From Camelus ferus (Eukaryota): a stretch of DNA of 64,000 nt. The notes below the pieces were generated by a model. That model was not told the origin of the DNA. It was given only the letters and a program-made list of their open reading frames with translations, and did no database searches. Within the stretch, counting starts at the first letter, position 1. The number at the start of each line of letters is the position of its first letter. Shown in pieces: positions 26,900 to 41,622 of this stretch. The DNA is taken from NCBI RefSeq assembly GCF_009834535.1, contig NC_045696.1, positions 14,572,001-14,636,000 on the forward strand. The letters are read 5' to 3'. Position numbers and translations under genes: made by a program.

Positions 26900-27800
26900 A
26901 AGAAAATGTAAGTGAAAGAGAAAAAGAGAAAAAAAGTTTCCATAAATGTTTCATGCTATAGGCAAACCTAAAGGGAATATGATTTTAATCACAGAAGACA
27001 TCAAATATGAGATAATTAAAAGTGTGAATGAACTGAAAGGAGAGACTATAAAAAGTGTATAGAAAACCAAAGTGACACCATTACAGAGCTGATTAACTAG
27101 AAACCATAGGAAACAGATTAGACAGTGTGGAAAATAAAATTAGCAACAGAAGAAAGCCATGAAGTAGTCCCAGTGAAATGAAGGAGAATGAGATAAAATA
27201 ATCAAAAAAATGTTAATATCCACAGTAAATGGGAAATGTGGATCCAAAATAAAGATAAATGGTGTGTGACCAAAGTGAAAACCCATAAAATTAAATTTTA
27301 AAATAATTATATAATAGTAGAGAACATTTATGAAATTAAAAATAGTACCCACAGATCAAAAGCACACTGTTTTCAAGAAATTCATTAGAAGAACCAATTT
27401 CATGACATTCTGGTAAAGTGATTGAATTTCAAGGATAAAGAAAGAATTCATTAGGTATCCAAGAACTTACAAAGGGAATAAATCTGGTTGGGCTCAAATA
27501 CATCCCTGGAAAAATGAAGTGCCAGAAGATAATAGAACAATATTTACAAAATTCTAGGGGAAAAGTATGTCTTGAGAATATTATAACCAGACCAGTCATT
27601 ACCCAAGTACAAAATGGTAATACTGGCATACTTAATTATGTGAAAACTCAGAGACTATATTATCCCTTAATCTCTTTAGAATGAAACCATGTGAGAGACA
27701 AATGTAAAAGAACTAAATGGTGAACACTGAATCCATATACACATAAAATAGAGAGTAGATGTTGTGATAAATATTTTCTAAAAGGCCACTCAATCAATCA
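26900..27800 (+). mobile_element. Highly decayed L1M ORF1-region fragment
   Basis: A-rich with ORF1-like motifs (gccagaagataatagaacaatatttacaaaattcta, agaatattataaccagacca). Confidence 0.6.
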
Positions 27801-29234
27801 ATAAAAAAGTAAATATATTAAAAAGAATAATCATTGCTAACTTTTAGATTAATATTCTGTATTAACAGTTGTTCAATTTTCCTAATGCATAGTTTGGAAT
27901 ATGACAAAATTTTAAAATAATTCATTTTTTGTTAAAAATACAGTGATTTTTTTATCTGAAGTAGGACAAACTTCATGATGTAAGCATCACTTAATTTTAT
28001 GAAATATCAAACATTATTGGAATTCATTGGAGCATTTTATTTTTTAGGAAATATCTGTTTGCATATACTAACCATGTATAAAGACGCTAAGGTTCTTAGA
28101 TGGTTTAGAAAAAGACAGAAGCAAAGCTCTTAAAAATACTTAAGGTGGTTTGGCGAGCATCCTACCCACAGGGCTAGGCATTAGTACAGTGGTTATTTAT
28201 TTAGAACTCAAAGACGCAAGGTGCTATGCTAAGCATTTTGACACTCTGTTCTTAAACCCTGAGATTCATATTGGACTACAGGATTTTCATTTAAATGGTT
28301 TCAAACCAAGACATCCTGTTCAATTTCTGAAAGTTAGCACAGGTATCAGGGACAGTGAAATACCTAAGAATTCTAAAATAACTTTTTGGTGTAGTAGTTT
28401 GGCCAAAAATTGCAGAAAAAGTAGAAAAAGTGGAGCTTGAGTTGCACTTGGATGAAATGTTGGGTTTGGAGAGGCAGAGATGAGGGTGGAGGCATTATAA
28501 ACTTGGAAGACAGTACAGTAAAGGCACAAAGAAAGAAAAAAAAAAACCTAGGTTCATTAAAGGGCTAGAGTGAGGAGTTTATAAAAGAAGTATGAGAATA
28601 TAACAGTGGAAAATAGGTGGAATTGATTCCAGTTGTCAAGAGCCTTGAGTGCCTGTGAAATAATTTGGACATTTTAGTACTGGCAGAATGATCTTTGCAG
28701 AATTTAAGTGTGTGTAAAGGATCAAAACAAGATAAAGGTTTTGTGAAGATTAATCTACTGGCAATGGATGAGTTTGCTAAACAAATAACTTTATTAATTC
28801 ACAGTCTGGTTGTAATTGTTTCCATGAAGAAGGTTGTCTTCCACCATTCCCTGGGTTTCCTGTGAAAGGAACAGAGTCTTGATTTTTCTTTCTTTTTTTT
28901 TTTTTTTTAGAGGTATTGTCAATTTCAGTTGAGTATTCACTTATACTTGTTCTGTGCTTTTGATAATTTCTAAGTATGTTTAGCTCTCTAATCCATCAGG
29001 AATATATTTTGTTAAAAGTTTTTAAATGAGGATATATTTTATAGCTATTATAACATTCTTAGTGAATATTCTTACTTTTTCACATATATGTGATCTACCT
29101 TTATTATTTGTTACAAATTACATGGAAAGATCTTTTTCCAGGACACATCCTTCTTTCAGTCTCTCTCATTGACCCTCTGGGCTGTATACTCTTTCCCCAT
29201 CATGCACTGAAGTATAACTACTGCTTTATTGTCC

Positions 29235-29415
29235 AGATGCTTAAATACCTTTCCACTCATAGTGGGATTTGTGGACCAGTAGTGTCAGCATTTCCTGAGA
29301 TCTTATTGTAAAACTGATTCTTAGATTACAGCCTGACCAACTGAGTTAAAAATCTACATTTTAAAATAGGTCTCCCAATAATCTTAGTGAGTATTAAAAT
29401 CTGAGGAGCTCTGCT
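29235..29415. mobile_element. MER5A-like hAT DNA transposon
   Basis: gtggaccagtagtgtcagcatttcctgagatctt...aatctacattttaa. Confidence 0.7.
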
Positions 29416-29536
29416 TCACAAGATGACAGCTCCTGGAGGGAAACAATTATTTACCTTGTTCATCATTGTATCTCCATTTCCTTGAACGGTGCCGGCATAT
29501 AGTATTTGCTCAAAAAGTATTTAAGTGAATAAATGC
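29416..29536 (+). mobile_element. L2 3' end
   Basis: agctcctggaggg...ttgttcatcattgtatctcca...gtgccggcatatagta..ctcaa..gaataaatg. Confidence 0.8.
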
Positions 29537-30259
29537 ATTAGATATTTTAATAATATAGATAAAAGATATTTGTGAATTATTACTAAGGAGCATAAACATG
29601 TCAATTTTAAAAAACTGAACATAATTTTTGAGGAGCTATATGAATGTTTATGAATGTTTAGAGTGCTGGTGAAATAAGGAGGTGTTATGAATTGTCACTT
29701 GCCTTCATTTTTTTGAAATTTTGTATAACATGATCCCTAGGTATTTATTTTTACCATAGCACAAAATTCAAACTGACTGCACATAAGACATTCATTTTGC
29801 CCAAGGCATGAAGGTCTTTGGAAACCTATCTTTCTTCGGGAAGCTTCCATTTCTGATGAGACATTCTTTCTCTGCATTCTTCTAGTCAAGGTCTTTATTT
29901 CTTCTTCCTGCTCACAGCTTAGTTTATTTTACCTCTCTGTTCACTATAATATTACCTCCCTAAGGGCAGGGACCTTTTCCAATTATTTTTTGAAACTTCA
30001 GACTAAGAATATTCATGTTCTGATTTATTTCATTCTTACCAGAACAAACAAACAAAAACTATTCATTTTATAAAGATCATACAGGAATTTATAAATATTT
30101 TTATTTTCCCAATTTGGTCATTGTTATGCTATTATCAGAACACAGTTTGATTACTCAGTTTCTCACTACACAAAAACATCAGCGCTCACCACATTTATTT
30201 TATTCTTAGGATTATTGCAATAGTCATAAAAACTGAAGAATGTAGAGAAACATATGCTT

Positions 30260-30470
30260 ATAGAACTTAAACAATTACAAAAACTTTACACATATTTCAT
30301 CACTTGATCCTCAAACTAACTCCTTCAGGTAAGATGTCACTGTCATGATTATCCCGAACACATGCAAAAGTGGAAAGTTGGAATGGCTAAGCAACTAATA
30401 AGCTGTGGAGCTGAGACTGAATTTTCAGTTTCAGACTGTAAATTTCAAAAATATTTCTATTTCATAATGA
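30260..30470 (-). mobile_element. MIR
   Basis: tttcatcacttgatcctcaaac...gtggagctgagactgaa. Confidence 0.55.
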
Positions 30471-30639
30471 GATAAATTATATGGTTCCTAAACTAGGAGG
30501 TTAAATGGTTTCTTCATAAAAGGAGTTCTGGAAACAACATGAAACAGAAGAAAACAATGCCTGGTTTCTCTGGAAATTGTATTATGTGTCATCAATTTAT
30601 TAATAAATCATCTTCTTGTGAATCCCTCATTTTATAAAC

Positions 30640-30862
30640 CAGTGTGTGCAACAGTTTTAATTTTAGCTTACTTAAAGAAGCAGTAGAGATATTTAGAGGT
30701 TTGCTTATTACAAATTCCAAACTTTTTATTTGCTAGATTAGATATAGAGCCAACATGGTCTAGTGGGTCTGGGGTGGGGCTCATGTTTTTAGTGGGTTCA
30801 AAGATCCCATCATTTACAAAATTTGTTAATTTAATATTAAATTTGGTGGCAACACCACTTCC
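30640..30862. mobile_element. hAT-Charlie (MER5-related) remnant
   Basis: agtgggtctggggtggggc hallmark with cagtg...ccact ends. Confidence 0.45.
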
Positions 30863-32266
30863 TTGAATGTATGCCAAAATTTTAAGATACCTTCCATTTT
30901 CACAGCAACTTTACAAAAGAGGAAATACAGTATTTATTCTGCTACCAGCATGAAAATGATTAAGCCAACCAGAGATATTTGCTCTTTGCAGAGTATCTGC
31001 TGCCCATTTATCCATTACAGTGTATCATTTAGAGAGCACTGCCAGTGCTCAATAAAGGCATCAACTGAAATCAGTACCATGGCAACACAAATTGTTTCCT
31101 TATGTGAAAAAAAGTCTCCATGCTGCTGATGGACAATTTAATATCTTGGTTTCTATGTTATTTCCCTGGAACCTAAAGTAGATTGAATTAGGCCTCAGTT
31201 AATTGTTCAGGATGACTCAAAGTTTTACTATATCATTTTGTCATTGAATGAACAAATTACTCAGAAGCAATTAACATCAATGGCACTATTATAATGAATA
31301 TTCCCTAAACTGAGGGTTTTCAGCTGCAAGTAATTGAATACACAACCCAAAGTGGACGTTAATTATATCAGAGAACACAAAGTACAGATGCGGGGTGGTT
31401 CCATGGTTGGTTCAGCAGCTCAATGGTATGATCCCCTTGCTGTGTGCTTTCCATCTCTGCACTTTTCTGCACTCCTACAAGCCCCATGCAAGTGCATATT
31501 TCCAAAATGGCCAAGTCATTCCAGGCATTGCAGGGACACGTGTTTGTGACCATGCCTTCTGAAAGAGAAGAGAATTTCTATCCTGAGTTTGTTTCCATTA
31601 AAGTAGAAAATCTTACTATGTGCTCTGCCCTCACCCTGAAGACATTCACGTTTCTTATCTTTTCAGGAGCAATTAACTTTGTTTATTTGACAAAAATTTA
31701 TGATCATAAAACAAAGAAGTGCAGGAAATTTCTAAAATATATTAAAGAAAATATCAGACTTATTTTCTGGCTTTTGTATCTAATGTCTTACAACAGATTG
31801 TCCTTAGCAAAAAATTTATGAAGTGCTAATACAGTCTCCCAAATATGTCTTATTTCATCTCTGAAGTGAAAAAAACTATAAAGTACTCACTTTTCTCCCC
31901 ATGAGTTTTGTCATAGTGATAATTAACCTGAAGAGCATTTATACAGAATTGCTATTGATGCAAAAGGCAGTTTTCCTCTCTTTCTCTACCTCCCTTCCTT
32001 CCTTCCTCCCTTTCTCTCTCTCTCTTTTTTTTTTTTTTTGCCATATAAGGTAATATTAACAGGTTTGAGGAATTAAGACATGCAACATTTTGTGGGAAAT
32101 TTTCTTGGCCTACCACACACTGATTCACTCATTCATTTATTTATCTATTCATTTAACAAATATTTAACAAATACACACATTGGACCAGGCACTGTTCTGA
32201 TACTGGAGCTATAACAGTAACCTACATAGGCAAAGACTTTCTATACCTAGAGTTTGTGTACTAGCA

Positions 32267-32489
32267 CAGGGGTTGGCAATTCTTTTCCATTAAGGACCAG
32301 ATAGTAAATACTATTTGCAGACCACACAGTTCTCCCTCTGTTGGAACTACTAAACTCTGCTACTGTAAACAGGAAAGGAACCCTGAAATACAGAAATGAA
32401 TGGTGTTTGCGTATTCCAGTAAAAAGTGTATCTACAAAAAGAGGAAGCATGCTAGATTTCTGCCATAGGTTGTCATTTGCTGATCTTCA
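32267..32489. mobile_element. MER58A hAT DNA transposon
   Basis: caggggttggcaa...ccagatagtaaata...aactactaaactctgc...gtattccagtaaaa...tttgctgatc. Confidence 0.88.
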
Positions 32490-32594
32490 TTCTACACAGA
32501 AGACACGAGGGAAAGGGGATAATACGTAAATACTGAGTATGTCAGATGATGATAAATGATAGAAGTAAAGCATATTCAAAGGAGTAGAAAGTTC

Positions 32595-33005
32595 TAATGG
32601 TTTGCTAAATGCTGTAACAAATAAATCACAAAATGACAGTTGTTTCACAAATAGATGCTTCTCAGTATTTATATGAATTTCAATACTGAGGAAGGATCCT
32701 TATGGTCATTCATTCAGGAACCCAGTCTCCTGCTCCCTGGAGTCTCACCCTCCTAGGAACTTTAGAATTCCTTGCACAAAGTTGGTAGTTGAGGAAAGGG
32801 AGTCATGGGCATCACATAGTTTTTATAGGGCTGCATTGGAAGGATTAGTCAATTCAACTCACATTGTTACACTTACATGCCTATAGCTCAATCTCCTGAC
32901 CTCTCTTAACTTTAAGAAAAGCAAAAAATATAGTTGAGTTGGCTGTCCAGGAGCATGGAAAATAAAAAAAAAAAAAAGGATTGGGAACCAGTTGGCAATA
33001 TTTGA
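32595..33005 (-). mobile_element. MLT1J/K-like MaLR LTR
   Basis: tgctgtaacaaata...cattcaggaaccca. Confidence 0.6.
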
Positions 33006-33089
33006 CTCAAGGGGTGTTGCTCTTTTAAATAGGCAGCCCAGGGAAATCCCTGCTGACTTGCCTGAAGACACTACAGAGCTATTGTAGCA

Positions 33090-33455
33090 GAAACTTTGAA
33101 ATCACCCAGATATCTAGGCTGTCTCTATGCTTCTGAACGCTTTTCTCCTTTGCAGTCAGATTAGTCATGTCACAGAATGTTGGCCACTGACGCATGGGAA
33201 GAAGAGATATAAGCATTTTACAACCCAGTGCACAAGTCTCCTTACTTTCCCTCTCCACTTTTCTGTCACCAGAATGGAAGGACTCTAAGATGGTGGAATG
33301 ACTTAAATCTCTGTTCAGAGAACAGCTGACTATGGGTGCTTCCCAACTCTCATTGGACTGTGACATTAGGCAAAAACTAATCTTTATTGTGTTAAACTTC
33401 TTAGAGGTGTGGTATATCCTTTAAAGTAGCACATGTTAATGACTTTGACCAATAT
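33090..33455 (+). mobile_element. MLT1-type MaLR LTR
   Basis: gtcatgtcac..ttggccactga, aagatggtgga, tttattgtgttaa..., ends tgaccaata. Confidence 0.6.
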
Positions 33456-34493
33456 TCCAGCTCTGTAGCTATAAGAGAGAAAAGAGTTCTAGGTGTTCAA
33501 GGATGCCAGGGTATGTGGAATGGATTTAGGGAAGGAGAGGAGTAAGAGATGAGGTCAGAGGACAAAATGGAAAGCCATGTAGTGCCAATGTCAGATTTGG
33601 CTTGTACTCTGAGGAAGAAGATTTATATCATAAGGGAGATAAGGTATAACTTTCATTTAAGGATGATCAACTTGGTTACTTTGTTGAGAAGTGATGTGAG
33701 GAGAAGTGAGAGGAGAGCAGTGTTTTAAGAGGGTATTGTAATAATGTAGATATAAGGTGACGATGGCTTGAGAATAGATGGCAGTGATTGGGGGATTAAT
33801 GTGCACTGTAAGAGAAAAGGATAAATCAAGGATGATCACTAGCTTTTCCACAGCAGCATATGGAAGAAAGTGTTTGCCATTAATTAAGAAGACTTCAAGC
33901 TCTTACTGGGGGAAGGGCGAAGTGAGAAAGACCAAATGTGAACATGAGATGCTTTTTAGGCATATTTAGAGTAAATATTTAAGGTAGATATTTCAACCTG
34001 GAAATATAACTTGAGAAAGTATCAGTGGATAGATGGTATAAGACTGGATGCTTTTAGAAGGGCAGTAAGTGTTTTAAAGAGAAGATACCAATTGACTGAT
34101 TTCTAGGCACCGCAGAGTTCAGAGGCTGGAGAGTTAAAGAAGATCAAACGATGAAATCAGAATAGAATCTCTGGAGAGTAGGAGAAGAGTCAAGAAAATT
34201 GCACCCTAGAAATCAATTGTAAAACATTTCAGGAAAGAGACAGTGTTAGCTAATTCAAACACTGCTGAGAAATCAAGTAAGATGAGGACCATGGATTGAC
34301 CTGAATTTAGCAACTCAGCAAGGTCAATGGTGGTCTTGGCAGGAGATCTTATAGTTAAGCCATGGAGTTGAGAGCCTTTGAGGACCAGATTAAGAAAAGA
34401 ATTGTGAACAGGAAACAGTTTGAAGAGCTTTAAAATAAAGAAAAGAAGATTAATGGGGCAGAAAATGGAAGGGGATCGTGGATCAAGAGAGGC

Positions 34494-34524
<31 letters not shown>

Positions 34525-36234
34525 GAGCTAATACAGCTGTATATAGAAATTATCTTTAAAAAGGAAAAAGTCGGTGATACATGAGAAAATGCAGACAGAT
34601 GCTGGAATGGTATAACTGGAATCTAGTGAGAAGAGGTTCTTCTCGGATACAAGCATGAAAATAATCTTTCACAATGGGAAGGAAGAAATCCAGGTATTGG
34701 GACAGATAGAGGTAGAGTGATGGTTTTCATGGAGGAAGTTTAGATAGTTCTCTTCTGATCTTTATTATTTTCTTTGTAAGTTAGGAACCAAGGTCATTAG
34801 ATGATAGGAAAACAGATATTAGCAGGTAAGGGAAAAAGGAAAGAGATTGAAAATAATCTAGGGAAGTAAAAGAATCAAGGGAGAAGGAACTAACTGTTGC
34901 ATTAGTGGTGATCAATAACAGCCCACTTGAAGTTTGTCGAATGAATGAATGAAATCTAATGCCTTGAAATAGCAGTTGGTTTGGGAGGCACAGGAAGAAC
35001 AGGAAGGAGTTGAGGTGAAAGAGAGAATAATGATCAGGTTTCACAGATTGTGAGTATCAGGGACTTAGGAGGTATTTAATGTGGATGAGCTACTTATTCT
35101 TGAGGCTTTTATCCTCAAAAGTAAAACTGCAATATATAATTCCACGGAATCACTTCAATAACTTATGGAAAATGTTTAGCATAGTGCTTCCTATGTAGTA
35201 AGCACTCCCTATGTATATAGTGATTATTGCTATATAGAGGGAAACATGGATTATTTTTACTTTAATTCCTTGGCTTAAAAAATATTTGCCAGCATCACAT
35301 ATGTCTGGATATTTCTATATGTTATTACCAAAATAGTACTTTTCTGACTAAAATAAAAGGCATTGTACTGAATTGAGAGGAAAAATTAAGTTAAATACAT
35401 GTTTCAGGGACTTCCAAGAAAAATCAGGGTTCTTTCATTATTTAAAGCCCAAATTTGCATAAAATTATTTTCTACAATATTAACATCCTCTAGTATGTAA
35501 AACCTTCCTAGAAGTTTCTCTTCTAGGTTATATATTTTATCAACCTGTGTCTACAAACATATGAACTAGAGGCAATCATGGTGGCTGACAACACTGGCTT
35601 TAGTAGAATGGATTAGATTCCATGTAATTAATACAGAGCTCTCTGAGAGATGTGCAGACTGATTAGAGTTGTACAAATACATAGGGAACCTGTGTTCTTC
35701 AGCTTCTCCTGCTCACTTGCCATCTCTCCATCATTCCCTTTTAATTAAAAGATTAGTGGATAGTTTTGGGGGAAAAAAAATCGCAAGGGAGAATGTTCCT
35801 GTCTCCTACTATGGTTTCAGGTAGTGGAGTTATTAAAAACAAGAACATCTTGCCAGCAAGACTTGGATAAAATACAAATCTCATCTTTTCATATATGTGG
35901 CTTTTTTTTTTCCCTTGACCTGCGAGAAACATGATGAGATCTGCTCTATATAATTAGGGTTTTAAGGTAGGCAGTGTGTTGGAGTTTTTCTGTATATTTG
36001 GTACATTTTTTTGGTATATCTATATTTAATACCAGGTTCTTGATTACAACTGAGTTAGGTATATATTTTGAATTTCTTAAAGTGGATCAGACTTGCTCAC
36101 CCCACTTCTCGGCTATCTCTAATAGATTTCAGCAGTCTCTTGATTTTCTTTATTCAGGTTGGCTAACTCTTATACTCAGTTGAATAGATAAGCAAAAAAA
36201 CACATAGGTTTTAAGGGCAAGCATATATGAAAAA

Positions 36235-36390
36235 ATTTACAGTGATTTGGAAAGAGCATTGAATTAGACATGGGACTTGGGTCTTAATTGGGGTTCTGCA
36301 GCAATATGTTGGGGTTTTGTGTCCTTATGCTTAAAATGAGAATTTAATCTTGAAGATCTCCAATGGTCCTTCCAAGGTGAATATTCTACA
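36235..36390 (+). mobile_element. MIR
   Basis: tggaaagagcattgaattaga...taaaatgaga...gatctccaatggtccttcca. Confidence 0.65.
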
Positions 36391-37094
36391 GGGTTTACAT
36401 GAATGTGGGTTGATTACTGGAGTTGATCCAAGAATGTTTGCAGGTGTGTCATAGGTCCCAAAGAGAGTGGGAAAGAAAGACTAAGGCCAGGTGTGCCTTG
36501 TCTGTAGGCATGCATGTCTCTGTATGTGTGTTTTTATATTTGGAAAAGAGACACATAGAAAAGTCTAGAGCCAACCTAGCTAGGGGCATTAGCTACATTC
36601 TCAGCAAGATGTAAATCCTGAAAGGTTTAAGATTTTGCCAGAAGTCAGGTGAGGAAAGTGAAGAAATATCTTCTTCCCTCAGGAATGAGACTGGAGTGAT
36701 ACCATTAGTGGTCCCTACTCTTGACTTACTGCTCCTTGACATCCACAGAGCCTTTAAGACAGGCCGGAGGAGGCATGACTCGGCTATGCCCCAAGAGACA
36801 TTCATCTCAAGTCACACCAAAAGGAAATGATTTAGTGGAAATTAAGTAAATTTCCAATTCTTTTTTATTTTGTGTGATAAATAGGTATGGGTTTTGAGTT
36901 GGCCTAAATTAAAGAAGACATTTCAAGAATTCACTTTAAGAAAAAAATCTACATTATTATTTTTTTATACATTCACATACAAAAATTAGTTTGTGTTATA
37001 TTTGATAATTTTTATCATAAAGAAGACAAAATAATAATGATTTATTAGGCTATATTTGAACATGAAATATATTTTGAGGTCACTGCTTTTATTC

Positions 37095-37530
37095 TAATGC
37101 TAAATACTGTTATAAATAGACCAAAACATATATAGTGGCTTAATAAAGAGAAAGGCATCTCTCGCTCACGCAATAATATCAAGGGAAAAGGCAGCAGTGT
37201 TGGGAGGGCTGGACAGCCTTCCTCCACACAGTGTTCCAGGCTGACTGAGACCCTGCCAACTTCAACATACAGTTTTGTTGGGCATCCTGGTTTCATCTTG
37301 GATCATGCAAGTTAGAAGTGGGAAGAGTATAGAGGGCATTAGTGGGACATTTTTATAGGCCAGGATCAGAAGTGATGTAATATCATTTCTGCTGAACATT
37401 CCATTGGCTGGAAATCAATCCCATGGATGCTCCCAGCTGCAAGTAAGGCTGAGAAATGTGATCAAGCCATGAGCCCAGGAAGAAGAAATAAATGTGGATT
37501 TGGGTGAATTATTAGCAGCCTTTGCCCTGA
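37095..37530 (-). mobile_element. MLT1J/K-like MaLR LTR
   Basis: agtggctttaa, ttccaggctgac, cattccattggctggaa, ctgcaagtaaggctgagaaatgtg. Confidence 0.75.
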
Positions 37531-40500
37531 ATGTTTTCTATGTTAAGTCTGATTACCACAAGGAAGACAAATCTCAAAGATTTATTATGACAACATTGAT
37601 TGCTGATTTTATTTTAAGGTCACTGGTATTCAATATTCTAAGTAGGCCAGTGATCTGGAATAGTTATTGTTAAAAACAAAATATAGTAAATCATGTAAGT
37701 AACTTAATACAGTGGAATTTTTGATGTAAATACTTATTAATTGCTATGATTTGTCATTGTTAACATTATTATAGTTGCAATAGTAATAATAATGAGGTTT
37801 AAACTTAATCCAGGATCTCATCAAATGGTACATAATAAAACAGGAAGATAGACAATGGCTAATCAATCTGCACTGACAGCTAAGAACAAATCTTAAACTC
37901 ATATTTGTATGTCATCTGATATTTTTTACTTCTATACTGTAACATGATGATGGAAAAAGACATATCAGTAAAATTTTATGTGCACTTTTAGAATTTTAAT
38001 AAATATTGACTTTATTCATTTATTGTCTCCCTTTGATTTTATATCATCTTGGTTTCTTCTGATATGAATTGTCATTTCAAAAGATGATAAAAAATAAAAT
38101 TATCAGTAAATAAAATTTATCTTAATGCTAGTATTCAATGAAAATTTAATTTACCTTATATTAGTATTATTAAATCAGGCACCAAATATATATATATCCC
38201 TCATGTACTGGAGAAAGTAAATTTTTGGATGAAGATAATGAACATTGCTTTAAAAGCATCAAAAAAGAAAGAATTGTAAAAATAAATAAATTGCCATTGC
38301 AAATCTGTAAAGCAGATTTATAACATTCCTTGCTTGCCATTTAATTAGTAAAACCTAGAATTTTAATTAAATTTTGCCAATATGCTAATTTGAATGAGAA
38401 AATGTGGTATTCTTGCAAGAAGTTAAAAGAATTAGCTCAATACATGTTGCATACGAACTGCCAACGTTCTACATCTTGACTTGATTTTGTGGTACTCTAT
38501 TACATCTTGTCTATATTTTATGAAGAAAATTATATGCTCTCTGAATGTGAGATTTTGTAAAGGTCTCTGGATGGCTCCTGAATGGCCAAAGCTTACTTTA
38601 TTATAGGTTTTGACATTCTGCATAAATTTATAAATCATGATATGTTGAATCTTTAATAGAAATTGAAATGATAGGGATAATTGTGGCAGCAAAGATATAT
38701 ATTACTAAGTTTTTTTGTAAGTGGATAGCTAGTGCAGAAAGCTGTACCTAGAAAGTGATATATGTTGGAGGGTGTTTATGAGTGTATGTATTATATAGCA
38801 TCCATAGTGTCAAATTATACTATCATTAAGTAGACTTAAGACATGGTAGATATATAGAAATTCCACCAAGATTCATAAGTATAATCTTTTCCTTCTTAGG
38901 AATGAAGAAGCACTCACTGTTTTCTGTTTTCCACAAAATATGTTGCACTAATAACACTCATGTCTAGGATAACAAAATCTCTTAAAGGAGTATAACTTAA
39001 AATAATCAAGAAACAAATGAAAGGCAAATATATCTGGGGAAAAGAATCTATTTCCATCTTTATAAAATATTTAGAATTGTGTTATTGCATAGTTAAAGAC
39101 GTTTTCCAAATGAATTTTAAACAGCATGTTAAAGCCAAAAGTTTCTACAGTGATTTTTACAAGTGATGCCTCACTGACATGACTGAACCTTGAATATTTC
39201 AAGCCAAAATCAAGTCGTGGCTATCATATTTCCTACCATCTTGTTTCTTGTCTCTCAATTGCTAAGTTATTTTACTCAGATCTCCAGTCTTAGCTACCAG
39301 CTTCTGGGATGCCACTGTCTTCAGGAGTCATTCAGTGAGTAATTAAATCAATTCTGGTTGTGGTATGTATATTTTACCTTGTGCCTCAGTCTTAGTAATC
39401 TGGCTTCTGCCTTGCCTGAAACCAGTTTAACTCCTATGGCTTATTTGTAAGAGTCCCCCACTCCCACCTGTTTCCTTTGTGCCTAAATTTCCGACTTGAG
39501 GTTTTGACTCCTGTTCTACAGCTGTGGAATTGGCTAGAACGCTGCTCCCTGGACTCAGAACACCATTTTTGTCCCTGGTTTGGATTATGACCAGTGATAT
39601 TTTCTCTATTCCTCTAATTTTCTGCATACCTTTTAGGAAAATATTTATTCTCCCCGACCTTCCTGGGTGTTACAATTTTGGGGGAATTTTATCATTGCCA
39701 TTGCATATTCCAAACAACAGCATTGATTCCTAGCACGTAAAGCAGGGGATTACCACTTTTCTATCTAACATCAGATCTTGAGGTGTCGCTGAAATGAGTC
39801 AGTATATGACAGAAGGTAAACATACGGTAAAACTGAGTCTCCTTATTTAGCCCTCTTGTTACTGATTTACCATCATTTTTTCCAAGGGACAGAGCATTCT
39901 GGGAAAGTGTATTTATTCCTAGGAGCCTAGATCTTAATATATTTCTATATAATGCATTTATTGCATATTTTAAGGAAGCTGGATAAATGGAAATTTGATG
40001 GGGCTTCTGTCTTGGGGTTCTAGGTAGTATTTATATGAAAGGCTTAAAAAGAAGACAAGTTATTGAGTTAAAGTTGCTACCATCTGTTGGAAATGTATCG
40101 TTAGCTAAAATATGCTTGATTGCTTTTTGTTAGGGTTTTTTTGTTCATTTTGTTTTCCCTCAAATCATTCACCGTGCATGTTATCCTGTCTTCTCCTAAC
40201 AAGACTTCAGTAATGTGTCACTAGATAGCAAATCACTTGCTCAACTGGTAGAGTAAAATAAACCCATCCCTGGGCACCATGGAGGCGCCTGCCCACTGCT
40301 GTCACCTGGAAGCCTTGGCTTGAGGGACCACAGTCAGGCAAAAGAAAGCCTTGTTAATGTCTGGGGGCAGCTGGTGGGCAATCAGCTCTCCTTCACGATA
40401 CTGGAGGCATCTAGGCACAATGGCAAGAAAGAGTCCTATTCTGCCCCAAATCCAAACCCAGTGCTACTTTTGCTTTTTGTGGTTCTTGTTGCTGCTTCAG

Positions 40501-41622
40501 GAGAATATATATGTCACTCTTTATACCTCCTGTTATTGGCCCAGATCTCTGCCAAAACAGAGATTCAAATAACCAGGGTTCCCAATTCATTAACTGCTAG
40601 ACATCATTTCCTCCTATTCAACACACCAAAAAAATCTGAAGGAGGAGAGAATAAGAAGAATGAGGTAAGACACAATAATCAGCATTGATTAGTAATCAAT
40701 AGTGATGCTTCATTTATTATGTCCAAGTGTCTAGGATACCAGAATTGCCAGGACTGATTTCCTACAGATACCATCAGAGAACTGTTAGGCTTTGTTAAAA
40801 GATAGATATTTTCTGGAACCTTCTCTGAGGCCCCATCTCTATTCTATTACTCTTAAGAGCAGTCAGGCAGTTCTAGGTGCTTTACAAATTGAAAAAATAT
40901 TAAGTCAAAAATATAATCTGGAAATTTCCTATACCCTTCCTCAGATTTCAGTCTTCTCAACTTCAGTTAAATGTATCATAGCTTTTACTTAATCAATCAA
41001 GCTATCAAAGCCCCCACAGGATAATAAAATGTTTCCCAAAACCACTTTTTTGTAACTAAATAAATAAACAGAACAAGAACAAAGTCGTAGTAAGGGAGAC
41101 TCCATCATGTTGCGAACTGACCTAAAGAAGAACACTATAATGTTTTCTTAAGTATCTTTATATACGTGGGGAAGAGAGAGCATGAGCCACGTTGCAGCAT
41201 CAGCCAAGGAACTAGAGATCAGTTGGAATTTCCTCACATTTTGCGCTGGTCTCTTATCTAGAATGGACTCAAATGCACATGTTTATTACTGGTGCTGGAA
41301 ATTTGCCTCTGAAGTTCAGATTTATGATTCACCAGGAATAAATTATAGCGTTGCCTTCCAAATCGCACCAAAATACAGAACCCGTCATTATAAACTCAAG
41401 TTACTGATCCAATGGGCCCCTGGACTTCTTGATTGTGAAGTTGTATCATGATAGGAACAAGCCTCCCTCCTTCCAAAATGAGCGTAATTCCTGTGCTTTG
41501 ATGTTCTCGCCAGTCCTGTTGTATTAGAGTCCTATTCCTTGTTACAGTAGCTCAGGGCTTTATTGCCTTCATGATAATCTCATATCCTTTTGATTTGCAA
41601 AATGCCCTCATCTGTTCCCAGG

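Larger units (their letters stand above)
32125..35060 (-). mobile_element. Long L2 remnant interrupted by MER58A and two MLT1 LTRs
   Basis: ttcatttaacaaatattta..ccaggcactgttct L2 3' end; purine-rich L2 body 33480-35060. Confidence 0.75.

Noticed and set aside
31444..31821. 125-aa ORF
   Set aside because: Non-ATG start, no recognisable domain, no convincing exon structure
40270..40688. Strong Kozak gcaccATGg and neighbouring 122-aa ORF
   Set aside because: The ATG frame stops after 14 codons; the longer ORF has a non-ATG start and no recognisable homology
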